From contig OZ024747.1 in the NCBI GenBank assembly GCA_964016885.1, forward strand, positions 92,008,001 to 92,072,000: a stretch of 64,000 nt of DNA, written 5' to 3'. This document shows positions 56,531 through 64,000 of this stretch, piece by piece. The translations under genes and the position numbers were made by a program. The DNA comes from Eledone cirrhosa. Taxonomy: Eukaryota. The notes below the pieces were generated by a model. It worked only from the letters and a program-made list of their open reading frames with translations. It did not search any database and was not told the DNA's origin. Numbering within the stretch: the stretch's first letter is position 1; each line of letters begins with the position of its first letter.

Positions 56531-56731
56531 TAAAACAACAATTAGGAAAACAATGAGTGCTCATTGATGTTATTTCTGTAGATTCTGTGAAAATAAATTA
56601 TTTATCACAGACAAAGGTTCCGTATAAAATATAAAATACTACATCGATACCTTTACTGATATCAATATTTTACACGAAAATATGGATGTATTATACATAT
56701 AGACATATATGTGTGTATATATATATATATA

Positions 56732-56767
<36 letters not shown>

Positions 56768-56819
56768 GGGACTATATATATAAAATAAAATAAAATAAAT
56801 AAGTTTAGCTTCGTTTATT

Positions 56820-56874
56820 ACTGCTATATATATTTCGGTGACAGCCATCTTCGGCTGTGACCTCTTCAGGCAGT
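56820..56874 (-). ncRNA. Intact minimal type I hammerhead ribozyme (mirror copy)
   Basis: Reverse complement of 57119-57173. Confidence 0.88.
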
Positions 56875-57118
56875 CCGAATTAGTGTGGTATAGACAAGTA
56901 CATATGTTGTTGAGGTGTATAACTTTGTCAATACTCTGATATGCCCAGTTCCTGGTTGGGTTGTTATTTCACTGAGGAACTGGAATCATATCATGATTCA
57001 TATATGATTCCAGTTCCTCAGTGAAATAACAACCCAACCAGGAACTGGGCATATCAGAGTATTGACAAAGTTATACACCTCAACAACATATGTACTTGTC
57101 TATACCACACTAATTCGG

Positions 57119-57173
57119 ACTGCCTGAAGAGGTCACAGCCGAAGATGGCTGTCACCGAAATATATATAGCAGT
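57119..57173 (+). ncRNA. Intact minimal type I hammerhead ribozyme
   Basis: actgc CTGAAGA ggtcacagcc gaagat ggctgtcacc GAAA tatata TA gcagt. 5-bp stem I, 10-bp stem II with one C-C mismatch, palindromic stem III, predicted cleavage after A57168. Confidence 0.88.
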
Positions 57174-57354
57174 AATAAACGAAGCTAAATTTTAAACATT
57201 TGATTTATTTATTTTATTTTATTTTACATTACTCCGGAGTAACCAAACCAACCTGCGCACTTCGTCGAGTGCTCCAATCTGCATACTTAGGTGTTGGTAT
57301 ACAACCAACATATACTCAAAATCTCTCTCTCTCTCTCTATATATACATATATAT

Positions 57355-57497
57355 AACGAAGGAAGTGTGGTAAGGAATCAGGTGGACCATAACGCACCAG
57401 AGTACTCGATTCTGACTAGCAGATTGGGTAATAGGAAAAAGTCGGGACCCCGACGGCTGAGCTCCGGCCGTTTCGACAGCTAGGTCCTCACTCTTTT

Positions 57498-57500
<3 letters not shown>
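57355..57500 (-). mobile_element. PLE-like stub, 'ccccgacggc' family, in (TA)n
   Basis: Minus strand reads tgag gac ctagct gtc GAAA cggccg ga gctcagccgtcgggg...ccttcgtta(TA)n. Confidence 0.6.
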
Positions 57501-57534
<34 letters not shown>

Positions 57535-57749
57535 TTATATACATACACTGGGAGTGAAGGACCCCTAGCTTTTGACAGGACATTCTTCTAGGAGAAGGCA
57601 ACTCAGGAAACTGAGATAACTCCGACATAAAACCTACGGCTCAGTAGTTATATATCTATATATATATTATTATTATTAGAGTGAGAGAGAGAAAGAAATA
57701 ACAATCTGCAATAACAGGCCACTGGATCAACCTTTTTAAACTATAATAT

Positions 57750-57970
57750 TAGGGTGGTGAATTTACTGTATCGGTAGAGCGTCGGAGAACATGATTAGCG
57801 GCATATAGTTACAGCTCTTTATGTTTTCAGTTCAAATCCCGCCAGGGTTAGCTTTGTCTTTCATCCTTACGCGTTCTGTACAATAAAGTACCAGAAATGC
57901 ACTGAGGTTGATTCAATCGTCTTTCCTCGCCCCTTCAAATTGCTGGCCCTGTGACAAAATTAGAAGCAAA
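57750..57970 (+). mobile_element. Diverged SINE copy
   Basis: gtatcggtagagcgtcgg..gttcaaatcccgcc..ttcatccttac..aaagtaccag. Confidence 0.8.
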
Positions 57971-59153
57971 TACTATTAAATATAGTTCATATACTATTAA
58001 ATATAGACCCTATATATTTTCGATCAAAATCTAAAAAGGTAAACTCTTCCATTTACCGTTATGTGGTCAATGAAACATGTATTATACATAAACTGCGATC
58101 GACTTAATTAACTAAACTGTTTGTCATTAATCTTGCTTCGTACGTATGTCAGAAATCTTTAAAAGCAGTGTAGTACATTTCTAACTCTGCAAATATAAAA
58201 TAGTATTGTATGTAGAGCGAGGCAAAGTGCATATTTGAAAATGTGTGTAAATCTATGATTCCCAATATGGACGTTATCGGCGCCTGGAGTTGGGGATGCT
58301 GAGTAATGTAAGGCTGCAGTTTAAACCAATTGTATGCTATGGAGTTGTTGAATGACAAGAAGTGGTTAGAGTGAAAAGGCGTACAAATTACTGACTGCTC
58401 GTAAAACTGTCACCTTTAGTTATACAATAGATTATTTTTTAAATATTAAAATGTAATATTCAATATATAATTTTTAGTCAACTATACAGTGAATGGGGAA
58501 GGAGGAGAGCTTATGAAATATATTCTTCTAAAGAAAATTGGAAAACTCTGATGTAAATCTATATAAGTCTGTGTGTGCATGTGAATGGAGTGTTTATGTG
58601 CGTTTTAACACATTTATATGTATGAATATATAATTATAAATAACTGTAGGGTTTCATGACAATTGCCTCATAAACATTTCTTTTTTTTTTTGTCTTGTCT
58701 AAAATATAAATACAATATTTCAGAGAATTAATATGTCTGGGCTTATTTGGCCGCTTGAAAGCGATGAAGATCAACTGTCTGATCAAAAGTATCTCGGCAC
58801 CAAATAATGTCTTATAATTCCTTATCGGAAAGACGAGACAAGCAAAAGGTCTCCGTTCCTATCAAACTGTATGACAGTTGAAGAAAATGTCTGGATATGT
58901 TTGGAACCAAATGGCGAATTTGATCAGTTTGACGACCGAACATATATCATTTCTATTGATAAGGGAATTACTCTCTGTAAAACTAAAGTACACCCATACA
59001 CACACTCACACGACCATTCATATACACACACATTGAGGCACCAACAATCACACACTCACACACATATACATTCACACGTATATCTTTATTTATATGTAGG
59101 TGTGTGCGTGTGTATATATGCATTTTGTGCGGGATGTATCCGCTCATACGAAT

Positions 59154-59281
<128 letters not shown>

Positions 59282-59531
59282 ACGTCTGTCCACGTGGTTA
59301 AGAAATCCGTATCACTAACGTCGTAAGTGAAATCTGGTAGTCGGAAGCTGTGTGGAAGCTCCATGAATGAACTGTATTGTAATGCTAGGAGCCCCAAAGA
59401 TGTCATAGTCACTGATATTGAGGATTATATTAAGTGTGAATGTGTCCGCGGAATAATTAACCACTTAGACTGTACTTTATGGAGTAGGTAGATTAAAAGC
59501 CCCATATTCTTCATAAACGCCAACATTCGCT

Positions 59532-59599
<68 letters not shown>

Positions 59600-60542
59600 T
59601 ATACATACTTATATATTCATTGCAATTATATATGTAGATCTACGCTGCAAACTTTAACCTAGACTCCGTTAAGTTGTTTATAAATATAGACATGTAATCA
59701 TCTCAAATTTACGTATTTCCTGTAAATTGATTTTTTTCCTTATTTGGAATCTCATCGGCGAATAAGTACACCAAACAATCACAAGGAAATATGTAACTGA
59801 TAGCCTTACAAAGCCTTATAAATGTAGCATGTACTAACTTCCATATATGTTGTGCCTGTGTTGGTAGTTAATTTTAATATATAAATTGTGCACTATACTG
59901 CATAAATATGCATATAATTTACATATTGATTACATGGACAATAAAGATATTAAATTCACATATTTCCTTATAAATTGAAACATTGATGCATATTCTTAAT
60001 CTACTTTCCACTGCAAGTGGGGTTTCATCAGAAATAGGTACATCAACCATCCACGGGGAATTACGCGTGGGAGTAGATAACCCTATGTGTTTAAATGTTT
60101 AAGCTATATCTTTAGTTAATTGTGTTTTATGATAATCTAATACATATTTCCTGTTTTAATAAATTAATCTCCTTATTGTATAACGTCCTTGTCCCTAAAC
60201 CTTTCATATAACGTTTGACCAGTCCCACTTGCATTATAACCCCTAAATTATAGCCCCAGCGCATCTCCCTTCCCATCCTCTGGGGAAACGCCTTCTCCAT
60301 TCTGTCCGCCGGGGCCGTGGGTCAGCCAGCATAATACAGAGAGATGAGGAGGGTAAGAGAGATGGAGGCGATTACAGTGGGTGTTCGGCTCCTCTGTGTT
60401 CGGACCTGGTGTGCAGCGTCAGTTGTCCGTAGGGAGGTAGTGATTCATATATATATATATAGTAATAATAATAAATGTGAAGACTAAAATTCGAAGAGGG
60501 CTTGATAAGGATAATATATATAAAATCCGTAAAGCAAATATT

Positions 60543-60660
60543 TATTAAAATAACAGATTAAAGTTTAAGGAAAGAAGCGCTGCTTTCACCCTTAACAGAA
60601 GATCCCGTTAAGGGTGAAAGAAGTGATTCTTTGCTTAAACTTCAATCTGTTATTTTAATA
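60543..60660. repeat. Imperfect fold-back (54-bp arms) next to (TA)n; possible PLE stub
   Basis: tattaaaataacagatt..tttcacccttaac pairs with gttaagggtgaaa..aatctgttattttaata; centre gaaga t ccc gttaa ggg t gaaa is HHR-like. Confidence 0.5.
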
Positions 60661-61281
60661 TATATTTATATATATATGTATATATATGTGTGTGTGTGTG
60701 TGTGCGTATTGTATTGTTCTCTATCATTTCGCCACACATCTATAGTTATAATGCTTACTGTAGTCTTCCTGCATGATCTTGGGGCTAATAAAGGAATCTT
60801 TATCAATAAAAATTTGTTTTACATTTTATAATTAACCTTTATTTAATTTGCGAGATATAAAGCATAAATAAACATTTACATATGTATGAAATTTTTAAGA
60901 AGGCTTAAGAACTTGAACATAGACCATTGAGATGAATCAAGAAGGATTCATGTTAATTTTCTTGTTCAAAAATTGAATTCAAAAGCCGTTCAACATTTTA
61001 AAATCTAAATAGAAAACTGCAACCAGTTGAGAAAGTGCTTATTGCATCGTATAAAATTTCAAAGATTCATTGCTAAATGAAGGAAGATCCATGTTATTGT
61101 GGTAACACTTATATTACCTGCCGTTAATTATGTAACATCTTTAATTTTATTTAATTCAATCTCACCTAGAATCGATGAACTAGCAAATTACATTCAAATC
61201 AAGCATCTGATGACTTTAAAGTAAATGAATTTTGTTTTCAACTTGATGAAAACACAATATGGTATAAAACTTTATTTACTG

Positions 61282-61437
61282 GCTCACCTGTGCTATATCC
61301 TATGCTATATCCGATGCTCACCTGTGCTATATCCTATGCTATATCCGATGCTCACCTGTGCTATATCCTATGCTATATCCGATGCTCACCTGTGCTATAT
61401 CCTATGCTATATCCGATGCTCACCTGTGCTATATCCT
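61282..61437. repeat. 34-bp tandem repeat (~4.5 copies)
   Basis: gctcacctgtgctatatcctatgctatatccgat. Confidence 0.95.
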
Positions 61438-61499
61438 AATTTAAGGAATTGTTGAATATTTGCTATTTACATAGAATTTGAAAATTATATAATTGGATC

Positions 61500-63154
61500 T
61501 AAATACACTGATCCCGCTAAATACACTGATCCCGCTAAATACACTGATCCCGCTAAATACACTGTACCCCGCTAAATACACTGATCCCGCTAAATACACT
61601 GATCCCGCTAAATACACTGTACCCCGCTAAATACACTGTACCCGCTAAATACACTGTACCCCGCTAAATACACTGTACCCGCTAAATACACTGATCCCGC
61701 TAAATACACTGTACCCCGCTAAATACACTGTACCCGCTAAATACACTGATCCCGCTAAATACACTGATCCCGCTAAATACACTGTACCTCTAATTACACT
61801 GATCCCGCTAAATACACTGATCCCGCTAAATACACTGATCCCGCTAAATACACTGATCCCGCTAAATACACTGTACCTCTAATTACACTGATCCCGCTAA
61901 ATACACTGTACCTCTAATTACACTGATCCCGCTAAATACACTGATCCCGCTAAATACACTGTACCTCTAATTACACTAATCCCGCTAAATACACTGTACC
62001 TCTAATTACACTGATCGCGCTAAATACACTGTACCCGCTAAATACACTGATCCCGCTAAATACACTGATCCCGCTAAATACACTGTACCTCTAATTACAC
62101 TGATCGCGCTAAATACACTGTACCTCTAATTACACTGATCCCGCTAAATACACTGATCCCGCTAAATACACTGTACCTCTAATTACACTAATCCCGCTAA
62201 ATACACTGTACCTCTAATTACACTGATCCCGCTAAATACACTGTACCCGCTAAATACACTGATCCCGCTAAATACACTGATCCCGCTAAATACACTGTAC
62301 CTCTAATTACACTGATCCCGCTAAATACACTGTACCTCTAATTACACTGATCCCGCTAAATACACTGATCCCGCTAAATACACTGTACCTCTAATTACAC
62401 TGATCCCGCTAAATACACTGTACCTCTAATTACACTGATCCCGCTAAATACACTGATCCCGCTAAATACACTGATCCCGCTAAATACACTGTACCTCTAA
62501 TTACACTAATCCCGCTAAATACACTGTACCTCTAATTACACTGATCCCGCTAAATACACTGTACCCGCTAAATACACTGATCCCGCTAAATACACTGATC
62601 CCGCTAAATACACTGTACCTCTAATTACACTGATCCCGCTAAATACACTGTACCTCTAATTACACTGATCCCGCTAAATACACTGATCCCGCTAAATACA
62701 CTGTACCTCTAATTACACTGATCCCGCTAAATACACTGTACCTCTAATTACACTGATCCCGCTAAATACACTGATCCCGCTAAATACACTGATCCCGCTA
62801 AATACACTGATCCCGCTAAATACACTGTACCTCTAATTACACTAATCCCGCTAAATACACTGTACCTCTAATTACACTGATCCCGCTAAATACACTGTAC
62901 CCGCTAAATACACTGATCCCGCTAAATACACTGATCCCGCTAAATACACTGTACCTCTAATTACACTGATCCCGCTAAATACACTGTACCTCTAATTACA
63001 CTGATCCCGCTAAATACATGATCCCGCTAAATACACTGTACCTCTAATTACACTGATCCCGCTAAATACACTGTACCTCTAATTACACTAATCCCGCTAA
63101 ATACACTGTACCTCTAATTACACTGATCCCGCTAAATACACTGATCCCGCTAAA
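61500..63154. repeat. 17-19-bp satellite array with higher-order structure
   Basis: Units taaatacactgatcccgc, taaatacactgtaccc(c)gc, taaatacactgtacctc and taattacact(g/a)atcccgc. Confidence 0.95.
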
Positions 63155-63280
63155 CAATATATACGGATCTTTAAAAAGCAGGAAAATGTGATATTACTTA
63201 ACATTCTGATATTTATAATATATTATATGCAGTCACTCTTGTAAGGTAAAACGATGCCTCCTGTAAAGGCAAAATGATTA

Positions 63281-63382
63281 ATAATGATTTCTACTATAGA
63301 CTGAAAGCCAGCAATTTTGGAGGAGGGGAAAGTCATTTAAATCGGCCCCAGTACATGACTGGTACTTTATTTTATCGACCAC
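63281..63382 (-). mobile_element. 5'-truncated SINE inserted in the hAT remnant
   Basis: aataatgatttctactatag..aaagtc..ccccagtac..ggtactttattttatcgacc. Confidence 0.75.
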
Positions 63383-63769
63383 AAAATAATTAATAATGGC
63401 ATTTATAATCTAGAAATGAATTTACAGAAATAGTATAACATGTCAAGACTTCCATCACTTTCCAAGTCTACAAGCATTTGGGAAACCATATACTGATAAA
63501 CTATGTTTAATAGATACTGATCAAAAATCTTATCTTCAACTTCTAGCATCAAGGGAAGACTCAGAAACAAGATTTAAAGATCTTGAAGAACTAAAAATAT
63601 CCAAGTGATCTGCAAATTCATTTCAGATCAATGCAAACAACATTATTCCAGATTTGTCTGAAGAATTAAATGACTTTGAAGCTCGAATACTATTTCGACG
63701 AGATGGTTATGAAGAACTATAATTTAAGAAGCTAAATCGCCAGCTTCTGCATTCACTAATATGAAAGGC

Positions 63770-64000
63770 GGTAGGCGTAAAAGTCAAATTCACTAACTTC
63801 AATTCAGCTTTCGTGCCAACCCTTACATATGGTCATGAATCTTGCGTAATGACCGAAAGAATACGATCGCGAATACAAGCCGCCGTTATGGGATTCCTCC
63901 GAAGGGTCTTTGAAGTAGAGTTACTCGATAGAATGCGTAGCTCGGAAATCAGTGAGTCCCTCCAGGTAGAGCTGCTACTTCTCTGAATTGAGAGATCACA
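63770..64000 (+). mobile_element. RTE-clade LINE RT C-terminal fragment, running off the window
   Basis: FVPTLTYGHESCVMTERIRSRIQAAVMGFLRRV...LLDRMRSSEISESLQVELLLL*IERS. Confidence 0.8.

Larger units (their letters stand above)
56804..57189. mobile_element. Palindrome (188-bp arms, 10-nt loop): PLE-type inverted terminal stub
   Basis: 56804-56991 is the reverse complement of 57002-57189, with no mismatch noticed by eye; next to (TA)n. Confidence 0.85.
61020..63730 (+). pseudogene. Decayed hAT (Buster/Charlie/SPIN-like) transposase, interrupted by tandem arrays and a SINE
   Basis: Frameshifted motifs KVLIASYKISK.IAK*RKIHVIVVTLILPAV (~61030-61125), FCFQLDENT..LLAHLCYI (~61230-61300) and ETRFKDLEELKISK*SANSF..DLSEEL (~63563-63668). 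These resemble the ASY.VS..IAK..KPHTIGE.LILP, FSLQLDEST and RF.DL..L..P.W...PF motifs. Confidence 0.7.

Noticed and set aside
55490-56567. Long Cys/Val-rich ORFs (and all YI/HT/CV ORFs elsewhere)
   Set aside because: Artefacts of (CA)n and (TA)n repeats.
58730-58935. Tc1/mariner transposase C-terminal remnant
   Set aside because: Only vague similarity (..WICLEPNGEF); too decayed to call.
61500-63154. Telomeric repeat array
   Set aside because: The unit is 17-19 bp, unrelated to TTAGGG, and flanked by transposon remnants on both sides.

Overview
AT-rich, microsatellite-dense animal DNA, most likely cephalopod (octopus-like, inferred from the abundant tRNA-derived SINE family). No host protein-coding gene can be supported; almost everything recognisable is mobile DNA. 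The main feature is a near-complete Penelope-like retroelement (PLE, Naiad-like; RT plus GIY-YIG endonuclease) at about 31965-38170. It has one ~1230-codon reading frame broken by only two in-frame stops, a partial-tandem plus inverted pseudo-LTR layout, (TA)n flanks and three hammerhead-ribozyme (HHR) motifs. About a dozen short, mostly fold-back stubs from several other PLE-like families lie across the window, mostly in (TA)n. Several carry intact or broken minimal HHR cores; the best is a 188-bp-arm palindrome at 56804-57189 with an HHR on each strand. Also present: R4/Dong, CRE, RTE and L1/Tx1-like LINE fragments, two non-autonomous Helitrons, MITEs, head-to-tail SINE clusters, a circularly permuted inverted duplication (27.4-29.5 kb), and a decayed hAT (Buster/Charlie-like) transposase whose middle is replaced by a 1.65-kb satellite. 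All calls come from reading the sequence by eye. Family names are motif-based, no searches were run, and boundaries of decayed repeats are approximate.
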